Shown here: positions 1 through 9,535 of the stretch, one piece after another
How positions within the stretch are numbered: the stretch's first letter is position 1
How the letters are laid out: the number at the start of each line of letters is the position of its first letter
Origin: Mytilus trossulus
Lineage: Eukaryota
Length of the DNA stretch: 64,000 bases
NCBI RefSeq assembly: GCF_036588685.1
Contig: NC_086379.1
Location: 36,828,001 to 36,892,000 of the forward strand
Reading direction: 5' to 3'
Program-made: the position numbers and the translations under genes
The notes under the pieces: model-generated
Seen by the model: only the letters and a program-made list of their open reading frames with translations
What the model was told of the DNA's origin: nothing
The model's database searches: none

Positions 1-2
1 AA

Positions 3-767
3 TGTATCAGATTTGTTTTTGGTTATTTTTCTATGTCTTAGTATTCTATCGTACAAAATAACCATCTTACCATTAACTTGTTGTCTTATCTGTCTTGCTA
101 ATTCTGCATCAGTAACCATATCAAATTCTAAACAAATGTTTTTGATTGTATAACTTGCAGATGTATCTGTTGATTTAATAACATTGCTATAATTATTAAA
201 TGTAAGTTCATATTCAAGTCTATCACCAAGACCTGCTTGATAAAAAGGCATATGAGTTTCTAATAGTTCAAAATCAAGTGGGATACAAAATCTTGCACCA
301 TATGCAGTTGCAATTGCTTCATCCCCTATGTTTGATGCTTTATCATCCGCACCAACTCTGTGTTTTAACATGTTTGTTTCACCAATTCCTTGGTATGCCA
401 TATTTAAACGTTCAGATGTAGATTTCCATAAATCAACATAACAATGATAAATATCACTATCATCAATTGACATAATTTCATTTCCACTTATACGAATTGT
501 TGTTTTTTTAACTATTGTTCTTCCTATGTTTTGATATATAGTTGCATTGTCGTCTGTAGATGTGAGTTCTATTTCAAATGCCAATCTGGTTGTTCCAGGA
601 ACAATAACATCATTATTGCTTAGATTGGGGAATCTCACTAATAGCTGTTGATTTTGATCAATAGTTGAAGGATTATTTGTTATTGATACACTTTGACGAA
701 TACCTTTCACACCACGGGGTTCTCTTATTTTTCTGTAAGGATTTAATTTGTTTCCGTATGCCGACAT
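3..767 (-). CDS. Major capsid protein (double jelly-roll type) of a Polinton/adintovirus-like element; C-terminus runs off the window
   Basis: Missing from the ORF track because it has no stop in the window. ATG at 767: MSAYGNKLNPYRKIREPRGVKGIRQSVSITNNPSTIDQNQQLLVRFPNLSNNDVIVPGTTRLAFEIEL...RFCIPLDFELLETHMPFYQAGLGDRLEYELTFN...YTIKNICLEFDMV. Alternating beta-strand pattern and IPL..F.....P....L.....EL motif typical of these capsids; adjacent to a penton-like gene. Confidence 0.75.
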   Translation of the reverse strand, partial: MSAYGNKLNPYRKIREPRGVKGIRQSVSITNNPSTIDQNQQLLVRFPNLSNNDVIVPGTTRLAFEIELTSTDDNATIYQNIGRTIVKKTTIRISGNEIMSIDDSDIYHCYVDLWKSTSERLNMAYQGIGETNMLKHRVGADDKASNIGDEAIATAYGARFCIPLDFELLETHMPFYQAGLGDRLEYELTFNNYSNVIKSTDTSASYTIKNICLEFDMVTDAELARQIRQQVNGKMVILYDRILRHRKITKNKSDT

Positions 768-785
768 TTTTAAGGATTAAATTTG

Positions 786-1331
786 TTATAAAAATAATTC
801 AATTACCACTGATACTAGAGTATTGATACATGTAGAATTATCACTCTCACTAACAAACCCTATAATATCTCCAGCCTTAACTTCAAAAGGTATATTAAAG
901 TTATGATAACTGTGTGTGTCACCATTACTTAAACTTATTCCGTAACTATATGTCTTATAATTATTAACAGTTATCATAACATCTATATTATCTGAGTTTG
1001 TTCTTAAACTTACTAAACTAATACCCAATATTTGTCCTGGAAAGTTCATTACATAATAACCACCACCACCATCACCAAAATTAAACTTTTGTCTTGCATG
1101 TATTGAACCATCAATTCCAGCATTTATACTTATTATTTTTCTGTCTGGTTTATTTTTAATATTACTAACTATATTTTCAACATTTAAAACTCTGATGCTT
1201 AGGGCAGCGACACTCCGATGTAAATTTTTATCCTTAGTATCCATTGTTTGAAGCTCACTCTTCATATTTAATATTTCCTTTTTTATTTCCGATGTATCTA
1301 CGTTTTTTTTTTTGACACCAAGTATGCTCAT
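786..1331 (-). CDS. Viral protein with N-terminal coiled coil and C-terminal beta-sandwich; putative fibre/attachment protein
   Basis: 181-aa intact ORF between the penton-like and capsid genes; heptad-like region aa 10-60, beta-rich C-terminus (FEVKAGDIIGFVS...LVSVVIELFL). Function is inferred. Confidence 0.55.
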   Translation of the reverse strand: MSILGVKKKNVDTSEIKKEILNMKSELQTMDTKDKNLHRSVAALSIRVLNVENIVSNIKNKPDRKIISINAGIDGSIHARQKFNFGDGGGGYYVMNFPGQILGISLVSLRTNSDNIDVMITVNNYKTYSYGISLSNGDTHSYHNFNIPFEVKAGDIIGFVSESDNSTCINTLVSVVIELFL

Positions 1332-1344
1332 TTTATTAAATAAA

Positions 1345-1986
1345 TTATATAACTTCTAAAACACAATTAATTGGTAAATGATTAATTATCTTGTTATTAT
1401 TTTCATCTCTTATTTCTAATTTCAATTCTGTTATAACATCATTTACTAAACACTTATATTCCGGATGCTCAAATCTCGCTGTTATAACTTCACCAAACTC
1501 TTTATTCTCGACTGGAATAACAGCCAATAATGTACTTGGCTTACCATCAAGATAATTATGAGAAGTGCTAACTTGTTCCAAATGGATATATAATGATTTA
1601 TGGATAGCAAAATCCACAAATTTGTTTCCATAATGTAATTCATTAGGTTCGAATTTACGTTTATTATTAAATCCTAACATATTTCCCAAACCCTTACTTA
1701 TCTTTAACTCAGTAGTAGTGTTTAATGAAGCGATACCATTTGCTTCATTTACGGATAATACAATATTTTCTTTTTGAAATTCATCCACTATTTGTTGAAA
1801 ACTATAATAACCATTCATAATCCTTTGTTGTTCCTCTCCGGTTTTTGTTATAAACCCATGATAAACATTATACCAACCTATACTGTATCTTATAAATTTC
1901 AAACCAATACGTTTATTTCCATTTCTGTTATTTATGTATTGTTCTAAGTTTATTGTATTATCAATATTTGAAATAGTATGAAACAT
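1345..1986 (-). CDS. Minor capsid (penton-like) protein
   Basis: 213 aa with GYYS..I, LGNMLGF, LYIHLEQV, LLAVIP, HPEYKCL...ITELKLEIRDENN motifs characteristic of Polinton penton proteins. Confidence 0.72.
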   Translation of the reverse strand: MFHTISNIDNTINLEQYINNRNGNKRIGLKFIRYSIGWYNVYHGFITKTGEEQQRIMNGYYSFQQIVDEFQKENIVLSVNEANGIASLNTTTELKISKGLGNMLGFNNKRKFEPNELHYGNKFVDFAIHKSLYIHLEQVSTSHNYLDGKPSTLLAVIPVENKEFGEVITARFEHPEYKCLVNDVITELKLEIRDENNNKIINHLPINCVLEVI

Positions 1987-2001
1987 TTTTAATATAAAAA
2001 A

Positions 2002-3234
2002 ATGATAACAAAAGAATTTAAATATAATCCTAATGTTTCATATAATCCAGGTATTAAATATTCTGAAAAAGATCATCAATTAAAAACAAATCTTGTAAAT
2101 CAAACAATATTTGTAAATCAAAAAGAGAACTTTAAAACATCTTTTCCTGATTTATTTCAAAACTATCAAAACCCATCAATACACACTAACGAACCATGGA
2201 ATGCCTGGATTCATTCTTCATTTGATTGGTGGCAATGTCAGTTAAATTTTGCAGTTTGGTGTGCAAGTACAGGATGTGGTGTTTCTTATAATGATCATAT
2301 ACAAAATACTTCAAATCTTACAAAGTCTTTTTATATGTTTCATTTATATTATTGCATTGCAAGAATTTTAAAAGAACTTAAATCACCTTTACCAACAGAT
2401 TCTTCTTTCTGTTATTACAAGAACCCATATGACAAAGCTGCATATCAGAAATTATGTGATGAATTTAATATTTCTCCAAATACAAATTGGAGACAAAAAC
2501 TAGAATCATCATGTCAAGGATTAGGAAGTTTTGAGCAATATTATAAACCAAGTGGTGAATATAGACAAAATCATAAAAAGGATGGTCCATTCTTTAATAT
2601 TCATGATACAATTTATCATGAAAAAGATATAAGTATGGCTTGGACTACTTTTATTTTAGATAATGGGAATGGATTTACACAATCTGGTGTTGAACGTATT
2701 AATGAAAGTATTAAAATTTATGTATGGGCTTTGTTAGGTGCACAATCACAAACAAAAACAGAAATTTTAAAAGTAGGAACAGGATTTGATGCACAAAAAC
2801 AATTCTTAGCAAATGTACAAGATGTAATAAATAGTCCTATCGATTTACCCACCCAGATATCGAATTATGAAAATGTTTTAAAATATGCAAGAAGTAAAGT
2901 TGATTATGCTTATGGACTTGGTTTATATATGTCTCCCAGTGATATGGTTTTACAAATTGGAAGTATTGTTGGTTATAATAATAAAATTATAATTGCAACA
3001 GAAAATCAAACACTTGGGTTAAATGATGATTTAAATAATAAAAATTTTGATCATGTTGATTTTAAACCAAAAGAACCTGTAAAACCACAAGAACCTATAA
3101 AACATGAAAAGCCTAAAGAACCAAAAATAGATCCAATAAAAAAAATTGAACATGAAGATCATGAAGATAATAAACAAGCAATAATATTTGTAAGTATTGT
3201 AATAGGATTTACAGCACTTTATTTTTTCAAATAA
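2002..3234 (+). CDS. Uncharacterised viral protein with Pro/Lys/Glu stalk and C-terminal transmembrane anchor
   Basis: 410-aa intact ORF with WQCQLNFAVWCASTGCGVS motif, KPKEP-rich linker and hydrophobic tail AIIFVSIVIGFTALYFFK. Starts 15 bp from the divergent penton-like gene. Confidence 0.65.
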   Translation: MITKEFKYNPNVSYNPGIKYSEKDHQLKTNLVNQTIFVNQKENFKTSFPDLFQNYQNPSIHTNEPWNAWIHSSFDWWQCQLNFAVWCASTGCGVSYNDHIQNTSNLTKSFYMFHLYYCIARILKELKSPLPTDSSFCYYKNPYDKAAYQKLCDEFNISPNTNWRQKLESSCQGLGSFEQYYKPSGEYRQNHKKDGPFFNIHDTIYHEKDISMAWTTFILDNGNGFTQSGVERINESIKIYVWALLGAQSQTKTEILKVGTGFDAQKQFLANVQDVINSPIDLPTQISNYENVLKYARSKVDYAYGLGLYMSPSDMVLQIGSIVGYNNKIIIATENQTLGLNDDLNNKNFDHVDFKPKEPVKPQEPIKHEKPKEPKIDPIKKIEHEDHEDNKQAIIFVSIVIGFTALYFFK

Positions 3235-4550
3235 TCTCTAGCAGCAGTAAACAATAAACTAACAACTAAAATAAGCAATGCCCATAAGTTGTTTGCAAAC
3301 CAATTTACTACGTCTTTTGTTGCAGACAATAACCAAGAAACAATAGAACCTATAATACCTGGTAATGCAGCTGCTAATTTTCCTGCAAGAAAAGATAATA
3401 ATTTTCCAAGATTTTTTAATTGTTTTTTTATCCAGTCTTGTACACCACCACCTTTTGATGGAGGAGAAGGAGAAGGAGAAGGAGAACCAGTAAATGCTTC
3501 AACAATAACACCAATAATCATTCCAAAAGCAGTTAAAACACTAACTATTGTTATTCCTTGTTCTCTGAATAATGTTCTTATTCTTTCACCTAATGTTCTG
3601 TCTTCGTTTAAAATTTTATGTATTGTTTGTTTAAATCTATCTAATTGACTACGTAGTTTTTCTCTATTAATATTAATTACTTCTATTCTTGCACTTCTCT
3701 CAGATTCCAACTCTCTCATTCGACTACTTATTCTTTTTATTTGAAATTTTAAATTGTCTTCTTTAGCTTGTTTTAATTTGGCATTTTCTTTTGCTAAGTT
3801 TTTATTTGTTTCATTCAGTTTTGCTAATTCATTTGCAATCTCTTCCTTTACTGATGTCATTGCACTGATTATTCCATCCATCTCTCTTTTTGTCATTTCT
3901 GTTTGTGTTTCATTATCTACTAAAGATGTTCCTTGTTCAATAAATGAAGTTTCTATTTCTTTCACATATGTTTCTGCATTACTTGCTGTTTCTAATAATT
4001 CTTGTCCTTCTTCTTGTGTAGATATTTCTTGTAATGGAATTTCTATATTATCGAGTTCACGAATTGGTGCTTTTATCTTTTTTTGAAAATCTTGAAACAC
4101 TGATCTACCTTCTTTTAAATAATCAGATATTTTATAATCATCTACACCTAAAACATCCCTGACAAAATTAACACCGTATTCTCTTTGAAGAGTGCTAAAT
4201 TTATAAAACTTTAATACTCCTTTTTGGTAATATGTTAATGCAATATCATTACCTTTTTCATCTTTTACATATAAGATTTGTCTTTCATTATGATCTTCCC
4301 TAACAAAAAAACCTACTTCATTACGTGTAGTTTCACCATTTTTTTTATAAAATTGTTTAATCATTTTTTTTGTAGTTTCTTTTTTACGAATTTTAGCATC
4401 ATTTTCTGATAAATCTCTTGTTACTTCAATTTCTTTATTTATATACTTTTGAAACTCTTCATCATTTTGAACAGACGTTTCTTCTTCTTCTTTATCATAA
4501 TCATTATTTTTAAACTCAGGATTATCAAACTCATAACCTCCTTCAGCCAT
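3219..4550 (-). CDS. Viral coiled-coil protein with C-terminal hydrophobic/amphipathic helices (putative membrane-active protein)
   Basis: Likely start MAEGG at 4550 (TAAAATG context; the track uses 4559). Long acidic/coiled-coil region, then GITIVSVLTAFGMIIGVIVEAF, a Ser-Pro linker and amphipathic/TM helices. Confidence 0.65.
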   Translation of the reverse strand: MAEGGYEFDNPEFKNNDYDKEEEETSVQNDEEFQKYINKEIEVTRDLSENDAKIRKKETTKKMIKQFYKKNGETTRNEVGFFVREDHNERQILYVKDEKGNDIALTYYQKGVLKFYKFSTLQREYGVNFVRDVLGVDDYKISDYLKEGRSVFQDFQKKIKAPIRELDNIEIPLQEISTQEEGQELLETASNAETYVKEIETSFIEQGTSLVDNETQTEMTKREMDGIISAMTSVKEEIANELAKLNETNKNLAKENAKLKQAKEDNLKFQIKRISSRMRELESERSARIEVININREKLRSQLDRFKQTIHKILNEDRTLGERIRTLFREQGITIVSVLTAFGMIIGVIVEAFTGSPSPSPSPPSKGGGVQDWIKKQLKNLGKLLSFLAGKLAAALPGIIGSIVSWLLSATKDVVNWFANNLWALLILVVSLLFTAARDYLKK

Positions 4551-4551
4551 T

Positions 4552-4686
4552 TTATTCATCTAAAATATTAGATAATAAACAATAAAAAGAACCTGTTAAA
4601 AACAACTTAAGATAAAAATAATTAAATTTTTTATTTAACATTATTTTTACATTTTTTACTAATTTTTCTTTTGTTTCTTCATCCAT
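4552..4686 (-). CDS. Small 44-aa viral ORF, possible membrane peptide
   Basis: MDEETKEKLVKNVKIMLNKKFNYFYLKLFLTGSFYCLLSNILDE*, with TAAATG start context. Its TAA is 1 nt from the next ATG; below the ORF-track cut-off. Confidence 0.5.
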   Translation of the reverse strand: MDEETKEKLVKNVKIMLNKKFNYFYLKLFLTGSFYCLLSNILDE

Positions 4687-4776
4687 TTATTTAATTAAAA
4701 ATTGATTCATAGTTTGGTGGATTTCCCACGTTCACATAGTGGTGATTTTCAACTAAAGTTATTTTGTTTATAAAAA

Positions 4777-5367
4777 TTATAGATTTTCCATTTTTTTTTT
4801 TATTTCATTTCTTACTCTATTTTCTGTTTCTTCTATAATTTTTCTTCTTTCATCTTCTGGTAAACTTTTTGAAGTTTTTAAATTTGCCATTTTTAAATTT
4901 TTTTTCATCTCATTAAATTTTTCTAGTTCTTCTAAAATAAGTTTAAATTCTTCTTCACTTATTTTATTGTCAGTTAAAGATCTAGAAATTAAATCTTTAA
5001 TACTATTTAATTTACACTCTGCTAAAGTTTTTATTTCATAATGTTTTTTAGCTTTTGAAGTAAGCTTTCTTCTTATTAATTTTATTACACCCCCAACACT
5101 ACCGCATGCGACTGCTGTAATCTGTAATGGTAATAAAATAGGAATAGCAATACCTATACCTGCAGAAATAACTGATGCTGAAATTAAAGTTGTATCTATT
5201 CCATCTGTAAAGTTTACTCCTCTTTTATATTTTTTATATAAAGAATTTCTTTTGTCTCTTTCATTTTTTAAAGAATTTTCTATTTCTGAAATTTTTTGTA
5301 ATCTATAGTTTTGTCCATCTTCTATAGGTAATTCTGGATATAAATTAGGAGCTGTAGGTTGTTTCAT
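4777..5367 (-). CDS. Viral coiled-coil protein with central hydrophobic hairpin
   Basis: 196-aa intact ORF with PTAP-NLYPEL at the N-terminus; hydrophobic segment LISASVISAGIGIAIPILLPLQITAVACGSVGGVI flanked by Lys/Glu coiled coils. Confidence 0.65.
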   Translation of the reverse strand: MKQPTAPNLYPELPIEDGQNYRLQKISEIENSLKNERDKRNSLYKKYKRGVNFTDGIDTTLISASVISAGIGIAIPILLPLQITAVACGSVGGVIKLIRRKLTSKAKKHYEIKTLAECKLNSIKDLISRSLTDNKISEEEFKLILEELEKFNEMKKNLKMANLKTSKSLPEDERRKIIEETENRVRNEIKKKMENL

Positions 5368-5696
5368 TTTTTTAAGTAAAAATTGATTTTTTTATTTTTC
5401 TCTTAAATCCCACAGAATTCTTTCTCTGTCAGTTCTCCCGGGTTTTTTTATTTATTTTTTTTTGGAATTTTTTAGTTGTTTTTTGGGTGTTTTTATTGTT
5501 GGTTTTTTTCCCAAAGTAAAAAAAAAATTTTTTTGGGAGTAAGAAAATTTGGTGTTTTTTGGGGTGTTTTTTTGCTTTTTTATGAAAATTTAGGGCTCTT
5601 TTACTTGAAATGAGGGTAATTTTTTTGGGGGTCAAATTTTTTTTTTTTTTTGGAGGGGGTGCGCTGGAGTCGTTCAAGTGATGATTGGCTACATAC

Positions 5697-8600
5697 CTTG
5701 AGGTTGAGGTGGGTATCCAGCTTCTGAAATGTATAAATATAAAACAAATTATACTTATTCTATTTATAGTACATACATACTTGAAGCTTAAGTTGCTCCT
5801 TCTTAGTATACCTTTTATAAAGCTTACTGACAATGAGGTCAGGCCCGTAGCCAGGAATTTCCAAGGTGGGGTTCGTTGGACTCACAAACTCGACTTTAAC
5901 AGTCACAATTCGAACAGAACATTGACTTTAACAGTGCTTCTTTGTGTTCAAGGGGAGGTTTGTTCGACCCCCCTGGCTACGGGTATGATGAAAGTCTGGC
6001 TAGGGTTCACAGAATAGAAATAAACTAGAGGCTCTAAAGAGCCTGCGTCGCTCACCTTGGTATATGTCAATTAAACAAAGGACGCAGACAGTTCATGACA
6101 AAATTGTGTTTAGGTCATTGTGATGTGTTTGTACATCTTACTTTACTGAAGATTCTTGCTGCTTACAATTATCTCTATCTATAATGAACTTGTCCGTGTA
6201 GTTTCAGTGGAAAATGTTAGTAAAAATTTACAAATTTTATGAAAATTGTTAAAAATTGATTATAAAGGACAATAACTACTTAGGGGGTCAATTGACCATT
6301 TTGGTCATTTTGACTTATTTTTGAGTCTTAAATTGCTGTACATTATTGCTGTTTACAGTTTATCTCTATCTATAATAATATTCAAGATAATAACCCAAAA
6401 CATATATTCCTTAAAATATTTTCCTTAAAATTACCAATTTAGGGGCAGCAACCTAACAATGAGTTGTCCGATTCATCTAAAAATTTTAGGGCAGATAGAT
6501 CTTAACCAGATAAACAATTTTCAGATTTGCTCTAAATGCTTTGGTTTTTGAGTTTTAAGCCAATAACTGCATTTACCCCTATGTTCTATTTTTAGCCATA
6601 ACACGGCTAATTTGGTTGGTTGGCCCGGTCACAAAACACACTTTTAAACTAGATACACCAATGATGATTGTGGCCAAGTTTGGATTAATTTGGCCCGGTA
6701 GTTTCAGAGGAGAAGATTTTTGTAAAAGATCATGGAGATTTACGAAAAATGGTTAAAAATTGACAATAAAGGGCAATAAATCCTAAAGGGGTCAACTGAC
6801 CATTTTGGTCCTGTTGACTTATTTGTAAATCTTACTTTGCTGAACATTTTTGCTGTTTACAGTTTATCTCTATCCATAATAATATGCAAGATAATAACCA
6901 AAAACAGTAAAATTTCCTTAAAATTACCAATTTAGGGGCAGCAACCCAACAATGGGTTGTCTGATTCATCTGAAAATTTCAGGGCAGATAGATCTTGACC
7001 TGATAAACAATTTTACGCGATGTCAGATTTGCTATAAATGCTTTGGTTTTTGTGTTATAAGCCAAAAACTGCATTTTACCCATATGTTCTATTTTTAGCC
7101 ATGGCGGCCATGTTTTTTTATGAAATCATATGGGAATTAAAACACAAACTTTATTTTAGATACCCTAGGAATCAATCAGATGAAGTTTGGTTTGAATTGG
7201 TTCAGTAGTTTCAGAGAAGATTTTTGTAAAAGTTAACGCTGGATGACGGACGACAGACGCCAAGTGATGAGAAAAGCTCACTTGGCCTTTTAGGCCAGGT
7301 GAGCTAAAAACAATAAGTGCAAAATAAATGGCTAAAAAAATAAAGAAAAGAGAATTATGGTCAAATTGAATAAAGAAAAGAGAATTAAAATGGTCATAAA
7401 AATTAAATAATAAAGAAATGAAGGCCCACTTTTATAATCAGAACATCTCTTTTATGCAGATCAACATGATCAATGACCATTCTTAATTAGAATACCTGGT
7501 TCAGATAATCAGATTGGACTTATTGTAAATTGTATCTATTATCTGATTATACAGAACATTTATCACTTTTTTCTGTTATAAAGGTAAAATCAATAACTTT
7601 ATGCAGTAAACATATTATTTTCACCTGTTTGATAAGCAATAAGTAAGTGTACATTGTATACTGTATAATGAATAATGGAACATAGTTAATTTCAACCGTC
7701 ACTAACAACAAACACATCATGTGACATGTGCAATCCACATTAGTTATATATAATACTTAAAAATTTAATTAATTTATCTTAAAATAGATACAATCAGCAA
7801 CATGTATTTTCATTTACACTTCCTACATGTATGTACATAGCTAGCCTTTAAAATTGTTCATGTAATTTATCCCAAAAAAATATCCTAAGTACAGGAACTA
7901 CTTTCGGTAATTCATTACTCATAATTATTATATTTTAAAGTGTTATATTAATTACCACCAGGAAATATATATAAAAGGCTATTCTTTGAACTTAGAATTA
8001 TTTTTATAATTATGGAATTTGCATAATTTCTAGTGCTTGAAATTTTTAATAAATTTCATGTTTATCATGTTTATTTGGTATCATAATGTTTTACGCAGTT
8101 CATACCACTTTCCTTAAAATGCATTTTGTATAGATTATGTTGTGCGTGGCACAGTACATTCTATTGAAAATGTGCTCTATTGAAAATGTGCTATCTTCTT
8201 TGTAACAGAAAGTGTTGTGCACAGCACAGAACATTAAAGTACAGAATAAACATGGAATTTATTAAAAAATCTCAAGTACAAGAAATTATGCAAATTCCAT
8301 AGTTAAAAATAATTTCAAGTTCAACTATTAGCCTTTTATATATTTTAAGGTCAAGGAACAGTAAATGGGCTATGTCGCAGATTTTGCTAAAAAATTGCAT
8401 ACAACCTTGGCTCGTTGAACTTCAACTGAAAATTGAAAAAATAATACCTTTATCTCTTTTATTTTCTGAAAAGTTGCAGATTGATTTCTCTTAATATGGG
8501 TGAACATTTGTATAGAAAGCACCTATAAGCGAAAAACCTTCTAAAATTTGTCTTTAAATCGTCATACCTCTAATTCTACTCCATAGATTTTTCTTAAATA

Positions 8601-9535
8601 ACTATACATTGTATATTGTTGACACATAAATTTCTGTTTTAATAATATAAAATAATAATAGGGTCACTGACTTCGTTTTTTGTCTAATAATCAATTTGTT
8701 ACCTTATTGGTAATGAAAAACGTCAAAAATTAACATTTTACGGCCTGCTGCGCGATAACGTTACGATTATTTCGACGTTTTGTTGGATTTTTTCACAAAG
8801 AATGCAACTTTGAATGATGTATACCGTGAAAACGAAGTCGGTGACCCTATCTTTATTTTGCATCATTATAACGGAAATTGATGTATCAACAACAAATAGT
8901 TTTTTAAGAAAAATCTATGGAGTAGAATTAGAGATTTGGCGATTTTAAGACAAATTTTAGAAAGGTTTTCGCCGATTTTATGTGCTTTCTATACAAATGT
9001 TCACCCATTTTGTACGAATTCAATCAATAATATTTCAAATGATAATTGAGATAAATGCATTATTATTTCGATTTTCAGTTGAAGTTCATCGAGCCAGAGC
9101 TGTATACCAAATTTTACTGAAATCTAAGACATAGCCCATTTACTGTAACTTGACCTTAAATTTAACTTAGATATCATCTTTGTCAAGTATTAAAAATGAC
9201 AATCGTTCTTATTCAATGCAACTATCAAGACATACATTTTGTAAATAGCATGAGAGATTTTAAAGCATGAACATTAATTGTATTTTTCTGTTCTATTGAC
9301 TGTGAAAATTTCGTCTTTATCACTTGGATATAGTGCTGTTAGATCCATAAAATATATTAGTTAGGACTTGAAGCCTTTACCATGTTTACATTTTTAGTCA
9401 GCTTGGTATTTAGGGGGAGATGAGGGTCCGACATTTTAACCTTGACCTTGATTTCCCGAAAAGTGTGAGTTGGGTTTGACATTTGAACTTACCTTGACCT
9501 TTTTCTCCTGGATAGGGTGGTGGTGGTCCTGACAT
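5697..9535 (-). CDS. LITAF-like gene 1, N-terminal exons only (coding 9535-9493 and 5723-5697); the remainder is presumably beyond the viral insertion
   Basis: Canonical AG/GT boundaries and matching phase 1 give MSGPPPPYPGEKGQEAGYPPQPQG, paralleling MSAPPPPY of the neighbouring LITAF gene. The LITAF domain itself is not in the window. Confidence 0.6.
6023..7310 (-). mobile_element. Non-autonomous Helentron/HINE-like element with internal ~500-bp tandem duplication
   Basis: On the minus strand it starts TTTTTAGCTCACCTGGCCTAAAAGGCCAAGTGAGC followed by GTCC/GTC repeats, and ends GGTGAGCG plus hairpin AGGCTCTTTAGAGCCT. Internal units at ~6200-6710 and ~6710-7220. Confidence 0.75.
7964..8345. 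mobile_element. Foldback MITE
   Basis: Imperfect inverted arms of ~90 bp (ATAAAAGGCTA...TATGGAATTTGCATAATTTCT / AGAAATTATGCAAATTCCATA...TAGCCTTTTAT). Confidence 0.6.
8349..9155. mobile_element. MITE with TTAA target duplication (Kolobok-like GG...CC termini)
   Basis: TTAA|GGTCAAGGAACAGTAAATGGGCTATGTC ... GACATAGCCCATTTACTGTAACTTGACC|TTAA, with long imperfect inverted arms. Confidence 0.75.

Larger units (their letters stand above)
1..5690. mobile_element. End of a Polinton/Maverick- or adintovirus-like endogenous dsDNA virus (structural gene module); continues beyond the left edge
   Basis: Dense, intronless, intact ORFs with spacers mostly under 20 bp, each start preceded by an A-run (AAAATG). 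Capsid-like and penton-like proteins are present. A T-rich non-coding terminal tract at ~5400-5690 abuts host exon sequence. No polB or integrase in the window. Confidence 0.8.

Noticed and set aside
3289-4086. Plus-strand ORFs 3289-3648 and 3754-4086 (also minus 14260-14697 and 35009-35284)
   Set aside because: Antisense shadows of genuine coding regions.
5400-5655. T-run-rich tract and ORFs 5429-5833 and 5685-6017
   Set aside because: Low-complexity, possibly low-quality terminal sequence; the ORFs are not protein-like and cross the element-host boundary.
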